Below are positions 31,115-41,213 of a stretch of DNA of 64,000 bases, in pieces. Below the pieces are notes generated by a model. It was not told where the DNA came from. It did no database searches and saw nothing but the letters and a program-made list of their open reading frames with translations. How positions within the stretch are numbered: position 1 is the first letter of the stretch; each line of letters begins with the position of its first letter. A program made the position numbers and the translations under genes. The DNA comes from an uncultured delta proteobacterium (GTDB taxonomy: Bacteria > Myxococcota > Myxococcia > Myxococcales > Myxococcaceae), in the NCBI GenBank assembly GCA_963776345.1, contig CAVZMH010000013.1:192001-256000 (forward strand), in the 5' to 3' direction.

Positions 31115-32938
31115 TCAGCGGCGGAAGCGCTGGCGGACCGCACGGAGCGGCGCGAGGAGTCGCCAGGACATGGAACCCTCGAGCTCGGCGACCAGGCGCT
31201 CCAGCTCCGGCCCGCTCATCTCCCAGAGCCTCGGGAACTCGCGCCGCGGCCGCCCGAGGAGCCGCTTGGCCAGCCGCAGCGGGCTGGTCAGGGCCCAGGA
31301 CCGCGAGGTGAGGATGACGTGCGCCCGCTCTCGCAGCGCGTTGGCGTCCACGTCATGCTCGAAGCCGGTGGGCCGCTGCCCGCCGCTGATGAGGGCCCTG
31401 AGCCGGGAGACGCTGCCCTCCGGCAGGATGAAGTGGGTGGTGTCGAGCTTCCGCCAGATCTGATGGTGGTTGGCGCGCCACTCCTCGCTGTCGTGGACGG
31501 TGAAGGAGGACTCGCCGTTGGACCACTGCCGGTAGACCGCAGTGGTTGCCGGATCACTGGCCACGCCGCAGATGGCCACGGCACGCATGAGGAAGTCCCA
31601 GTCCTCGGTGGTGGTGAGGGTCTCGTCGAACCGGAAATTGAGTTCGGCGAACACCGAGCGAGGAAACGCCAGGGAAACCGGCGGGGTCCGGTTCTCGATC
31701 AGGTGCTCGAGGAGGTCGAACTTCGCGGGGTACCGCCGCACGAAACCGCTCACCGCACGGACCGACCGCCGGCCTTCACCCGTCTGGACTGGCTCGAACG
31801 TCTGAGCGACGCAACCCGTCCGGAGGACTTGCCCCGGATTCCGCTCGGCCAGCTTCTTGAACCCCTCGACCCAGTTGGCGAAGACGAAGTCATCGTCATC
31901 GAGGATGGCGACGTAGTCCCCCCGTGCATGGGCGAAGCCCACGTTGAGCGGTGTCGTCCTTCCCCCATGGTCCACCCGCACCAGTGAGATCCGAGAACGC
32001 ATCCCCGCATGGACGTCCTCGATCACCCGTTCGACAGCGAGGATCCGCTCTGGATCGAGTCGATGCCCGACGACCACCACCTCGAAATCCTGATCGCTCT
32101 GAGCCGACAGGCAGAGCAGCGCATCCCGGAGGGTCTCGAGGCGCCGCCCCTGGGTGCGAGTCACGACCGAGAGGAAGGGCACCTTTCCCTCGGGCTCGCG
32201 GTCGACCACCCTGCCCCCCGAGGGCCCCGGCAGGTACACCCGAACGAACTGGTTGGTCCGGGCAGTACCGTCAACCGAGTCCCGGAGGGTTCGGAGAAGC
32301 GCGTGCAACAGCGTGCCGCCGGCCAGGGCTGGATGCAGACGGGGGAAATGCTGATCGCTCTCCTCGAGGAGAACATCGAGCCGGTCGATCTCGTACCAAC
32401 CCGACCTTCTGGTGGTCGAACGGAGCGCCTCCTCGGTGAACACCTGCAGGTGAGTTCGATCCAGCAATCCGGTGGGGGTCGAGTCCCACCGGCCGAAGGC
32501 GAGCTTGAAACCGACATCGCGGTGAGCGGCGTTGGGGACGGAGACCACCAGGGGGCATCGGTCCGGGCTGGCGAGCTGGTGGAGCTCCTCGAGGAGCTGC
32601 CCGGGCTCGGCGACGTGCTCGAGTGTGTCGAGCAGCGACAAGGACCGGAGCGGACGATCGCCCAGCAGCTCCCGTACCCGGGGACGAACCCTCGATGGAT
32701 CGGAGAGGTCGAGCTTGACGGTCTCGAATCCCCGCTCCCGGAGCGACGCGAGCGCTTCATCGTCGATATCCGCTCCCACGTAGGTGAGACCGAGCTCGTC
32801 GCGAAGCACCTCTGCGGAGCGCCCAAACCCGCACCCGAAGTCCAGGTGAACGCCGGTCCCGAGCCCGAGCCGTCCAAGCAAGGCCCGGAGATGGCCGTAG
32901 ACGTTGTCGTGGAAGTAGGGATTGTCGTAGAGGCCCAT
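31115..32938 (-). CDS. Methyltransferase-GT2 fusion protein
   Basis: LDFGCGFG..DTLEH..GLLDRTH, then a GT2 domain (LDDDD, EDWDF) and two C-terminal S.SW.L..PLR motifs. Confidence 0.85.
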   Translation of the reverse strand: MGLYDNPYFHDNVYGHLRALLGRLGLGTGVHLDFGCGFGRSAEVLRDELGLTYVGADIDDEALASLRERGFETVKLDLSDPSRVRPRVRELLGDRPLRSLSLLDTLEHVAEPGQLLEELHQLASPDRCPLVVSVPNAAHRDVGFKLAFGRWDSTPTGLLDRTHLQVFTEEALRSTTRRSGWYEIDRLDVLLEESDQHFPRLHPALAGGTLLHALLRTLRDSVDGTARTNQFVRVYLPGPSGGRVVDREPEGKVPFLSVVTRTQGRRLETLRDALLCLSAQSDQDFEVVVVGHRLDPERILAVERVIEDVHAGMRSRISLVRVDHGGRTTPLNVGFAHARGDYVAILDDDDFVFANWVEGFKKLAERNPGQVLRTGCVAQTFEPVQTGEGRRSVRAVSGFVRRYPAKFDLLEHLIENRTPPVSLAFPRSVFAELNFRFDETLTTTEDWDFLMRAVAICGVASDPATTAVYRQWSNGESSFTVHDSEEWRANHHQIWRKLDTTHFILPEGSVSRLRALISGGQRPTGFEHDVDANALRERAHVILTSRSWALTSPLRLAKRLLGRPRREFPRLWEMSGPELERLVAELEGSMSWRLLAPLRAVRQRFRR

Positions 32939-32941
32939 GGT

Positions 32942-33856
32942 TCAGAGACCGAATCGATGGGCGGCGTAGAATCCGTCCACGAAGAGCCCGACCTTGTGTT
33001 CGCGATCGATGGGCTCGGCCAGGGTCCCAGCTTCCCGCCGCTCCAGGAACGTTCGGACCGCCCGCTCGAGGTGATCGATCCCCGAACTCGAGAACGTGCC
33101 CAGCAGCTTGCTCACGATTTCCGGCCTCGAGAACTTGTGGGCGAGCATCAAGGCCGCTTCCCCGGAGTAGTACTTCTCGGCGTTCGAGGGGGCCCACCGC
33201 GCGTCGCTTCCCAGGCGTTTGTCGTGAAACACCACCGCCGAAGGCTGAAAGAGCACCCGATAGCCTGCCAGCCGAGCCCGCCAGGAGAAGTCGACGTCGT
33301 CGCAGTACAGGAAGAACGAGTTCGAGTCGAAACCCTGCAGCTCCGCCATGACCCCGCGGGGGATGAGAGCACAGGCCGTGGTGGCCCATCCGGTCTCGCC
33401 GGTGCGAACGTCGTAGTCCTTGGGATGCTCGACCGGAAGCTGCCGTGCCTCCACCATCCCGGTCCGGTGCAGGCCCAGAGGCTGCGCCAGCTGGATCAGC
33501 GCATCGGGGGCCAGCATCACGTCGGGGTTCATGATCAGGACGCAGTCCGTTGCCAGATCCTCCAGGAGACGGTTGTGACCGGCGGCCGATCCCAGATTGG
33601 CAGCGAAGAAGCGGTGGCCGATCGACCGGAGGCCCGGTGACTGCTGGCGAAGTCCCTCCAGGGCCTCTGCGCCGAGGGCGGGCTCCGGGGAGCAGTCGCC
33701 GTAGAGCAGCTCGACGGAGGAGAACGCCCCGGCGAAGATCGCCAGCTCGGCGGCGCGATTGAGGTGGACGATGCTCTGCCCCACTCCGGAGAGCTCGTTC
33801 TGGTAGAGGATGGAATGAACCCGAAGCGACGGCCTGGGACGCTCTGGATCGGTCAT
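32942..33856 (-). CDS. GT2 glycosyltransferase
   Basis: NLG.AAGHN, MNPD, EHPK.Y and FFLYCDDVDFSWR. Confidence 0.85.
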   Translation of the reverse strand: MTDPERPRPSLRVHSILYQNELSGVGQSIVHLNRAAELAIFAGAFSSVELLYGDCSPEPALGAEALEGLRQQSPGLRSIGHRFFAANLGSAAGHNRLLEDLATDCVLIMNPDVMLAPDALIQLAQPLGLHRTGMVEARQLPVEHPKDYDVRTGETGWATTACALIPRGVMAELQGFDSNSFFLYCDDVDFSWRARLAGYRVLFQPSAVVFHDKRLGSDARWAPSNAEKYYSGEAALMLAHKFSRPEIVSKLLGTFSSSGIDHLERAVRTFLERREAGTLAEPIDREHKVGLFVDGFYAAHRFGL

Positions 33857-34908
33857 CGGAGTCCGTCCATCCACGCGCACAGACGGCGCAGACCATCGTC
33901 CAGCGACACCTGCGGTCGATAGTCCAGGTCGGTCCGGGCCAGGGCCACCGAGCAGGACGCGTGCCGGACGTCACCTTGCCGAAAAGCCCCCGTTATCTGG
34001 GGCGGCGGAGCCGAATAGATGCCGGCGATGATCGAGGCCAACTCGGCGATGGTGGCGGATCGGCCGCTTCCGACGTCCACGGTTCGAACTCCCTCTGGTG
34101 GCTTCTCGATTGCACGAACGAGGGCACCGCAAACATCGTCGATGAACACGAAGTCGCGCGTCATCCGGCCATCCTCATAGAGGGGAATCGACTTGCCCTC
34201 CCGGGCCAGTCTGGCAAAGAGCGTGACGATCCCGGTGTAAGGGTTGGTCAAGGACTGACCGGGGCCGTAGACGTTCTGCAGGCGCAGGACGCTGAGCCTG
34301 ACCCCGAAAGCGCCGACCCAGCAGGAGAGCATCTGCTCCTGGGCCAGCTTCGTCACACCGTAGATGCTGGTCGGGTTTGGCTCGGTGATGCCGGCCGAGA
34401 AAGGAAGAGGCTCCGCGTCTGGAAAATCCCACTGGCCTCCTTCGAGCATCGCCGCATCTCGCTGGCCCGGGTAGTAGCTGACGCCATCCGAACGCCGTCG
34501 CCAGGCGCCTTCACCGTAGACGGCACGACTGCTGGTCAGCACGACCTGGCGGGGAAGTGTGCGACGCTGCGCCAGCGCATCCAGGAGCCGGGCCAGGCCG
34601 ACGACGTTGACCTCGGCGTGTCGGGACGCCTCGGTGAGCGACTGGCCGGTCCCGGTCTCGGCGGCCAGGTGAAGAACGACGGTCGGTGTCCAGCGATCGA
34701 GGACTTCGTCCCAGGTCCGTGAATCGCAGATGTCCGACTGCACCAGCTTCGCCCGTGGATCGAGCGCTTCAGGCCGTACCCGCCGAGCGTGGACCTGTGG
34801 ATGCAGGTTGTCGACCACCACCACGTTCTCGAAGCGGTCGCTCAGGGAGCTCGAGACCGCGCACCCGATGAACCCAGCGCCTCCGGTGATCAGGCAGCAT
34901 TCGTTCAT
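33853..34908 (-). CDS. NAD-dependent epimerase/dehydratase
   Basis: LITGGAGFIG, HLAAETGTGQS, Y..TK, NVYGPGQ and RDFVFIDD. Confidence 0.9.
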   Translation of the reverse strand: MNECCLITGGAGFIGCAVSSSLSDRFENVVVVDNLHPQVHARRVRPEALDPRAKLVQSDICDSRTWDEVLDRWTPTVVLHLAAETGTGQSLTEASRHAEVNVVGLARLLDALAQRRTLPRQVVLTSSRAVYGEGAWRRRSDGVSYYPGQRDAAMLEGGQWDFPDAEPLPFSAGITEPNPTSIYGVTKLAQEQMLSCWVGAFGVRLSVLRLQNVYGPGQSLTNPYTGIVTLFARLAREGKSIPLYEDGRMTRDFVFIDDVCGALVRAIEKPPEGVRTVDVGSGRSATIAELASIIAGIYSAPPPQITGAFRQGDVRHASCSVALARTDLDYRPQVSLDDGLRRLCAWMDGLR

Positions 34909-35981
34909 GCCGGGCCACCCTGGGCGACGGCGGGAGTCGTCCGACGACGGCCGGGCTTCATCGCCAGCATCCGCTTCTCGACCAGGTGCCACGAGAGCAC
35001 GGCGAACAGCAGCGCCGCCAGACCGGCGATCGCTGCGTTCTGCAGCGCGGTCATCGGGCGAGGCCAGAGAAAGTTGACGGTCTGCTGCAGCGGGAACCCG
35101 TAGAGGTACAGGCCATAGGAGAAATCGCCCCACCGACCGGCCCGGGAGAAGACTGGAGCTGGCACCAAGGCGAACGAGAGGATCGCGTATGGGGCCAGGA
35201 GGTACTGTCCGAGCTCCATGGCCAGCGCCGTCGACGGCTGCAGGAAGATTCCGATTCCGAGGAGGCCGAGGGCCACCACCGGCGATAGAAACCGCCGCAG
35301 GCCGTAGAACTGGTACGAAGCTCCCAGGAGAAAGTACGGGGCGGCGTCGAGAGCAGAGGCGAGACTGGTCCCGTAGATCACCACGGTCGGATGCGCGACA
35401 CCCGCCCGGTTCCAGTAGAGGCTCCAGCCACAGAGAGCAACAGTCGCCAGGGCGGGAAGCCAGCGGACCCGGAGCTTCACCCCCAGGGCGCAAAGCATGG
35501 GGAACATCACGTACATGGCGAACTCCACCGGCAGGCTCCACAACGAGCCATTCACCGCTCCCGGATAGGGAAGCCGGTCGAAGACGCCAGGGAGATCGTA
35601 GGAGGGGCGAAGCGCGACGTTGCTGAAGTAGGCCGCCACCCTAGGATTCGCCAGATACGAGGACAGCGGGAGGGTCGTCACCAGCGGCCCGAGAACGAGG
35701 GCGGACAGCGCCACCACCACCGCCAGCGCAGGGAAGATCCTCAGTGCTCGCTTGGAGAAATAGCGAAAGGGATTCGGATCGGAGAGCCAGCTCGCGGCGA
35801 TCAGGAAGCCGCTGATCACGAAGAAGACCTTCACCCCGAATGACTGGACGGAGTTTCCCCAGAAGGCGGCGTCAGCGGTTCGGGTGAGCGGATGAGCATG
35901 GCCGTAGATCACCGCCGCCGCCGCGATCAGCCTCACCGAGTCGAAGTTGTTCTCGCGGTGCGTTGGCAGTGCCTGGCTCAT
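34905..35981 (-). CDS. O-acyltransferase (acyltransferase family 3, OafA-like)
   Basis: D..R..AA..V...H, FFVISGF, R..RIFP, NGSLWSL..E and SYG.YL. Confidence 0.9.
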   Translation of the reverse strand: MSQALPTHRENNFDSVRLIAAAAVIYGHAHPLTRTADAAFWGNSVQSFGVKVFFVISGFLIAASWLSDPNPFRYFSKRALRIFPALAVVVALSALVLGPLVTTLPLSSYLANPRVAAYFSNVALRPSYDLPGVFDRLPYPGAVNGSLWSLPVEFAMYVMFPMLCALGVKLRVRWLPALATVALCGWSLYWNRAGVAHPTVVIYGTSLASALDAAPYFLLGASYQFYGLRRFLSPVVALGLLGIGIFLQPSTALAMELGQYLLAPYAILSFALVPAPVFSRAGRWGDFSYGLYLYGFPLQQTVNFLWPRPMTALQNAAIAGLAALLFAVLSWHLVEKRMLAMKPGRRRTTPAVAQGGPA

Positions 35982-36940
35982 CGGCGGCGGATCCAGATGC
36001 TCCCCCCGGGGTTCTCCAGGCAGAGAGGGAAGTCACGCTCGAACAGCGGTCGATGGTGTTCTTCCAGGAAGGTATTGAACAGGACGATCTCGAAGTCCGA
36101 GTTGAACTGGAGGAACGCGCGCAGCAGATACGCCTCGCCCCACACGCGGCCCTCCTGGACCCAGCCCTCCAAGTATTCGAAGGGGTAGAAGATGTCGTGG
36201 AAGTGGACGTACACCCCTGGGGCAAGCACCGGGAGCACTTCGAAGACGAGCCGGTTGACGTCGCTGCCGATCTTGACCACGTGGGTCGAGTCGATGAACA
36301 GGATGTCGTTTCGACCGAGCCTCCGGAAGACATCCAGCGAAACGTCCTGAGCGGCCACCGGGAGCAGCTCGATCCGACCTTCATCGCCAGGATGCAGGAG
36401 CGATCGGAGCGACTCGGGATAGGGCTCGACGCAGGTCATCTCCACCGATCGATCGAGAAAGCGGTCGATCGTATCGAGGGCGACACAGGACGAGTATCCG
36501 GATCCGACCTCCACGATGCGACGTGGAGCGACGTGTCGAAGCATGAAGTGAAAGAACAGGGCATCCGAGTAGGAGTACTGTGGGTTCTCGAAGTAATAGC
36601 GAAGACCCTCGGTCTTCAAGGGGCGGAAGGGCTGCTCGGCATAGTACGGTTTGAAGCGTTCGAGCAGCTGCAGCTGGGCGGCTTCCCGCAGATCGATGCC
36701 CGGAAGCTCCTTCACGCTCCGGTCGAAGAGGGTCCCCGCGCGGCGGCCAACTTCCTCGAGATCGGGGATGGGGCTGTAGAAGTGGCCGGGGGGGGAGAAG
36801 CGAAGAGCCGGGTGAAGCCTCGAGGCCTCCGCCGACCCCGCCGGGCGAGGCTCGGTGGACGGCTGTCCGCGAAGACGTTGAGCCACCTTTTCCAGTCGGC
36901 GAAACACCCCGCCGCCGCGACCTCGTGAAATTGATGGCAT
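35978..36940 (-). CDS. Class I SAM-dependent methyltransferase (Methyltransf_24-like); start uncertain
   Basis: PGHFYSPIP, IVEVGSGYSS, LFIDSTHV and VH.HDIF.PFEY. Confidence 0.85.
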   Translation of the reverse strand: MPSISRGRGGGVFRRLEKVAQRLRGQPSTEPRPAGSAEASRLHPALRFSPPGHFYSPIPDLEEVGRRAGTLFDRSVKELPGIDLREAAQLQLLERFKPYYAEQPFRPLKTEGLRYYFENPQYSYSDALFFHFMLRHVAPRRIVEVGSGYSSCVALDTIDRFLDRSVEMTCVEPYPESLRSLLHPGDEGRIELLPVAAQDVSLDVFRRLGRNDILFIDSTHVVKIGSDVNRLVFEVLPVLAPGVYVHFHDIFYPFEYLEGWVQEGRVWGEAYLLRAFLQFNSDFEIVLFNTFLEEHHRPLFERDFPLCLENPGGSIWIRRR

Positions 36941-37007
36941 GGTTGGCGCGGTGTATACCGCCCCGCGACCGGCAACGGTCAGACCATCCGGTTCGCCAGC
37001 TCTCATC

Positions 37008-38624
37008 ATGCGAGAAAGAGTCGAGCACGCGGCGGGCCGAGGCCCGAGCAGGAGTGCTCCGGCGGAACACCGGCCGAGACTGCTCATCTTCGTCATCGCC
37101 TACCAGGCGGAGTCCACCCTGGTCCAGGTCCTGGAGCGCATCCCCCGCTCCGTCTTCCGCGACTGGGACTGCGAGATCCTCGTCGTCGACGACGCCTCGC
37201 GCGACCGGACCTTCGACATCGGCCGCGCGTACCAGGAATCCCACCCCGACCTCCCGCTCACCGTCCTCCGCAACACCTACAACCAGGGCTACGGCGGGAA
37301 CCAGAAGGTCGGCTACGCCTACGCCATCGCCGAGGGGTTCGACGTCGTGGCCATGGTCCACGGCGACGGGCAGTACGCCCCGGAGGAGCTCCCCCGCCTC
37401 CTCGAGCCATTGCGCCAGGACCGGGCGGATGCCGTCTTCGGCAGCCGGATGATGTCCCGGTTCGCGGCGCTCAAGGGCGGCATGCCGCTCTACAAGTTCG
37501 TGGGGAACAAGATCCTCACCACGTTCCAGAACGCCGTCCTCGGCACCCGGCTCTCCGAGTTCCACTCCGGCTACCGGCTCTACCGCGTGTCGACGCTCGC
37601 CCGGCTCCCCCTGGAGCTCAACTCCAACGACTTCCACTTCGACACCGAGATCATCCTCCAGCTGCTCAACGCCGGCTCCCGCATCGTCGAGCTCCCCATC
37701 CCGACCTACTACGGCAGCGAGATCTCCCGCGTGAACGGGCTGGTCTACGCGAAGAACGTCGCGCTCGCCACGCTCCGCAACGCCGCCCACCGCGCCGGCA
37801 TCCTCTACCAGCGCAAGTACGACGTGGGACCCGCCGACGACCACGGCCACTACGCCCCGAAGCTCGGGTACCCCTCCAGCCACACCTACGCGCTGGACGC
37901 CGTCCCGGCGAGGAGCCGGGTGATGGACCTCGGCACCGGCCCGGGACACCTCGCCCGTGAGCTCGTGGACAAGGGATGCACGGTCACCCTGGTGGACCGA
38001 CTCCCGCCCACCGAGGTGCCCCGAGGCGCCGAGGTCGTCCTCCGCGACCTGAACGCGGACCCGCTGGAGCTCGACCTCTCGCGGATCGACGTCCTGCTCC
38101 TCCTCGACGTCCTCGAGCACCTGCATGAACCCGAGCGCTTCCTGGCCGCGCTCCGCCGCAACCTCGATCACCGCCCCCGCACCCTGGTCCTCACCACCCC
38201 GAACGTCGCCTTCGCCATCCAGCGGCTGATGCTGCTCGCCGGCCAGTTCAACTACGGCAAGGCAGGCATCCTCGACCGGACGCACGCCCGGCTCTTCACC
38301 TTCCGGAGCCTGCGCCGGCTCCTGGTCGACTCGGGGCTCCGCATCCGCGAGATCCGCGGCATCCCGGCGCCCTTCCCGAAGGCGGTCGGCGAGAACGCGC
38401 TCGGCACGGGCCTCCTGAGACTCAACCAGGCGCTCATCCGCGTGAGCCCCACCCTGTTCAGCTACCAGATCTTCGTCGAGGCCGAGACCACACCCGACGT
38501 CGCCTACGTCCTCGCCGACAGCCGGCAGTCCGCCGGCCCCGCGACGCTCGAGCGACCCAGGCGCGCCGCAGCCGCCCGGCGCGGAAAGACCTCGAAGGCC
38601 AGCCCGCGGAAGAAGCCCCGGTGA
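37008..38624 (+). CDS. Bifunctional DPM1-like GT2 / SAM methyltransferase
   Basis: VDDAS.D.T, NQGYGGNQK, HGDGQY and HSGYR, then MDLGTGPG, LDVLEH and GILDRTH. Confidence 0.87.
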   Translation: MRERVEHAAGRGPSRSAPAEHRPRLLIFVIAYQAESTLVQVLERIPRSVFRDWDCEILVVDDASRDRTFDIGRAYQESHPDLPLTVLRNTYNQGYGGNQKVGYAYAIAEGFDVVAMVHGDGQYAPEELPRLLEPLRQDRADAVFGSRMMSRFAALKGGMPLYKFVGNKILTTFQNAVLGTRLSEFHSGYRLYRVSTLARLPLELNSNDFHFDTEIILQLLNAGSRIVELPIPTYYGSEISRVNGLVYAKNVALATLRNAAHRAGILYQRKYDVGPADDHGHYAPKLGYPSSHTYALDAVPARSRVMDLGTGPGHLARELVDKGCTVTLVDRLPPTEVPRGAEVVLRDLNADPLELDLSRIDVLLLLDVLEHLHEPERFLAALRRNLDHRPRTLVLTTPNVAFAIQRLMLLAGQFNYGKAGILDRTHARLFTFRSLRRLLVDSGLRIREIRGIPAPFPKAVGENALGTGLLRLNQALIRVSPTLFSYQIFVEAETTPDVAYVLADSRQSAGPATLERPRRAAAARRGKTSKASPRKKPR

Positions 38625-40021
38625 CGGGAGCACGGGCCGAGGCGGCCGCTCCCGCGCTCGCGCTCCCCGGGAGCGCCACGCGCGCGTTCCTCCTCTCGGT
38701 TGCCGCGGTGTTCCTCGGCCAGGCATTGCAGATCAACAACGGCAACGGTCACCCGGAGGCGTGGCCGTACGTCTTCGCCACCCTGGTCGCCGTCGCCCTC
38801 GCCGCGCTGTCCCCGCCGTGGCCCACCGTGGAGGCGGCGGGGGACCAGCTCCCGGTCCTGGTCCTCGGCGTCGGCCTGGCGCTGCAGTTTTCGCAGCTGG
38901 TCGTCAGTCCGCCCGGCTACTACGTCCGCCCCATCCCGGGGTTTCGCGAGTTCTTCGCCATCCTCGCCGCTGCGGCGGTGGTGTCCGGGGCCGCGCTCTC
39001 TCGCCGGCCCGCGCTCGGCGCCTACCAGGGGCCGGCGCTGGTGCTGCTCTTCGCGCTCGCCGGCTGGTGGATGATCCGCGCGTCCTACCCGCCACAGATC
39101 GACGTCTTCGTCTTTCAGCAGGACAGCAGCCGCGCGCTGGTCCAGGGCCGGAACCCCTACGCCCTCACCTTCCCCAACATCTACGGGAACATGCAGTTCT
39201 ACGGGCCCGGCATCGCCGACCAGCGCACCGTCTTCATCGGCTATCCGTACTTTCCCCTTTCCCTGCTCCTCGCGCTCCCGGGCTGGCTCGTCGCGGGGGA
39301 CTTCCGCGTGGCGCAGCTCGCCGGCTGCGCCGTCGCCGCCGCGGCCTTCATCGGGCTCGCACCCGGGCGACTCCCGCTGCTCGCCGCCGCCCTGCTCCTC
39401 TTCACCCCGAGGATGTTCTTCGTCCTGGAGCAGGGCTGGACCGAGCCCTTCGGCGTGGCGCTCCTGGCGCTGGTCACCCTCGCCGCCATGCGGCGCTCGC
39501 GCTGGCTGCCCGTCGCGCTCGGCCTTCTCTTCGCGTGGAAGCAGTACACGGTCCTGTTCCTTCCACTGGCGGCGCTCCTCGTGCCCCGGCCGTTCCGCTG
39601 GCGCGCCTACGCCCGGCTGGTCATCCCGGCGGTCGCCGTCGCCGCGGTCATCACCCTGCCCTTCTTCCTCTGGAACCCCGCCGCGTTCTGGAAGAGCGTG
39701 GTCCTCGCCCAGTTCGCCCAGCCCTTCCGGATGGAGGCCCTCTCGCTCCCGGCCTGGTGGGTGGTGGAGAAGCACCACCCCCAGTTCAACGTCCTGCCCT
39801 GGATGGTCGGGGGCACGCTCGTCGCTCTCGTGGCCGTCCTCGCACGAGGCCGGAGCGGACCCACCGCCTTCGTGACCGGCTCGGCGCTGGTCTACGCGGT
39901 CTTCATCGCGCTCTCGAAGCAATCCTTCTGCAACTACTGGTGGTTCGTCCTCGGCGCGCTCTGCTGTGGGATCGCCGCCAGCGCCACTCCGGCGCGGCCG
40001 GAACCGGTCGAGTCCGGCTGA
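38621..40021 (+). CDS. Polytopic membrane glycosyltransferase, GT87/GT-C-like
   Basis: IDV......L..G.NPY, YPY.P and WKQY motifs; about 11 TM segments; GTGA-coupled to the upstream GT2. Confidence 0.7.
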   Translation: MTGARAEAAAPALALPGSATRAFLLSVAAVFLGQALQINNGNGHPEAWPYVFATLVAVALAALSPPWPTVEAAGDQLPVLVLGVGLALQFSQLVVSPPGYYVRPIPGFREFFAILAAAAVVSGAALSRRPALGAYQGPALVLLFALAGWWMIRASYPPQIDVFVFQQDSSRALVQGRNPYALTFPNIYGNMQFYGPGIADQRTVFIGYPYFPLSLLLALPGWLVAGDFRVAQLAGCAVAAAAFIGLAPGRLPLLAAALLLFTPRMFFVLEQGWTEPFGVALLALVTLAAMRRSRWLPVALGLLFAWKQYTVLFLPLAALLVPRPFRWRAYARLVIPAVAVAAVITLPFFLWNPAAFWKSVVLAQFAQPFRMEALSLPAWWVVEKHHPQFNVLPWMVGGTLVALVAVLARGRSGPTAFVTGSALVYAVFIALSKQSFCNYWWFVLGALCCGIAASATPARPEPVESG

Positions 40022-40022
40022 G

Positions 40023-40643
40023 TCACCGCCCGGGCACACCCCACAGCTCGAGCACCGCCTTCTCCCGCGCGAGCACCACGTCCACCGCAGCGTCCCCCCA
40101 CTTCGCCCTCACCTCGGAGAGCGTCCGTGCACGCTCCTGCTGCGCGCGGAGCCGTGCCACCGTCCGCTCCACCCCGGCCCGCTGGTCCGCAGGGAGCTGG
40201 TCCTTGGCCGCCTCCAGCGAGCGCAGCGCCTCCTCCAGCTCCGGCCCGCCCGATCCCGCGCGCGCCAGCGCCACCTCCGCCGTGAGCGACTCCAGCGCCT
40301 GCACCTCGGCCGGCGTCAGCCCCGCGTCCACGCGCACGGCCTGCGCTCGCTCCGTCCGCCTCCGCAGCCCGGCATAGGCCTCCTCGAGCGCCCTGGCTCC
40401 CCCGTCCACCGTCTGGGACAGCCGCCGGACCTCCCGCGAGGAGGGCGCCGGCTCACCCCGGAGCAGCCGTTCGTAGGCGAGAAACCCGTCGAGCTTGGAG
40501 ACGGTCAGCTGCAGGCCCGCATCGGGACCGGACGCGACCGCGGCGACTGGACCCGCATCCACCGTGCGCTCGGGGGCCTGCGGCCTCCGGCACGAGGCCG
40601 CCGCCAGGAAGAGGAACGCCGCCGCGAGCCAGGGTCTGCGCAT
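40023..40643 (-). CDS. Putative lipoprotein
   Basis: MRRPWLAAAFLFLAAASC lipobox-like signal followed by a helical mature region. Confidence 0.7.
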   Translation of the reverse strand: MRRPWLAAAFLFLAAASCRRPQAPERTVDAGPVAAVASGPDAGLQLTVSKLDGFLAYERLLRGEPAPSSREVRRLSQTVDGGARALEEAYAGLRRRTERAQAVRVDAGLTPAEVQALESLTAEVALARAGSGGPELEEALRSLEAAKDQLPADQRAGVERTVARLRAQQERARTLSEVRAKWGDAAVDVVLAREKAVLELWGVPGR

Positions 40644-40718
40644 CGACTCCCTTCTGCCATACCCTTTGACCGTCTCGGGCACGCTCGTGTACGACCCGCG
40701 CTCCAGGGGAGGGTTGTC

Positions 40719-41213
40719 GTGAAGCTGTACTTGGTGCGCCACGCTCAGGCCGACTCCGAGGTCCCCGAGGGCCTGGACGACGGCGCCCGGCCCCTCACCG
40801 GCAAGGGCCGCCATGCCGCCGAGAAGCACTTCCGCGGCCTCCACAAGCGGATGCACGGGGTGGACCTCGTGCTCATGAGCCCGCTCGTCCGGGCCGTCCA
40901 GACCGCGCAGATCCTCGCCCTGGTCCAGGAGCTGGACGTGCCGCTCCGGGCGCACCGGAGCCTCCTCCCGGACATGCCCACCGGGAGTCAGGAGGGCCTC
41001 CTGAAGGACCACAAGGACGAGGACCTGGTCCTGGTCGGGCACAACCCGTCCATCCCCGCCATCGCCGCGCATCTGATGCAGCAGAGCCAGTTCCCCCGCG
41101 CCGTCCCTCCGGGCTCGGTCATCGCGCTCGAGCTCGAGAAGCACGACAAGCCGGCCCGTCTGCTCTTCTTCGCCGCGCCCGGCGAGGACGTGCTGGAGGA
41201 GCTCAAGCCATGA
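40719..41213 (+). CDS. sixA: SixA-type phosphohistidine phosphatase
   Basis: LYLVRHA, RPLT..G, SPLVRA.QTA and LVGHNP. Confidence 0.88.
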   Translation: MKLYLVRHAQADSEVPEGLDDGARPLTGKGRHAAEKHFRGLHKRMHGVDLVLMSPLVRAVQTAQILALVQELDVPLRAHRSLLPDMPTGSQEGLLKDHKDEDLVLVGHNPSIPAIAAHLMQQSQFPRAVPPGSVIALELEKHDKPARLLFFAAPGEDVLEELKP

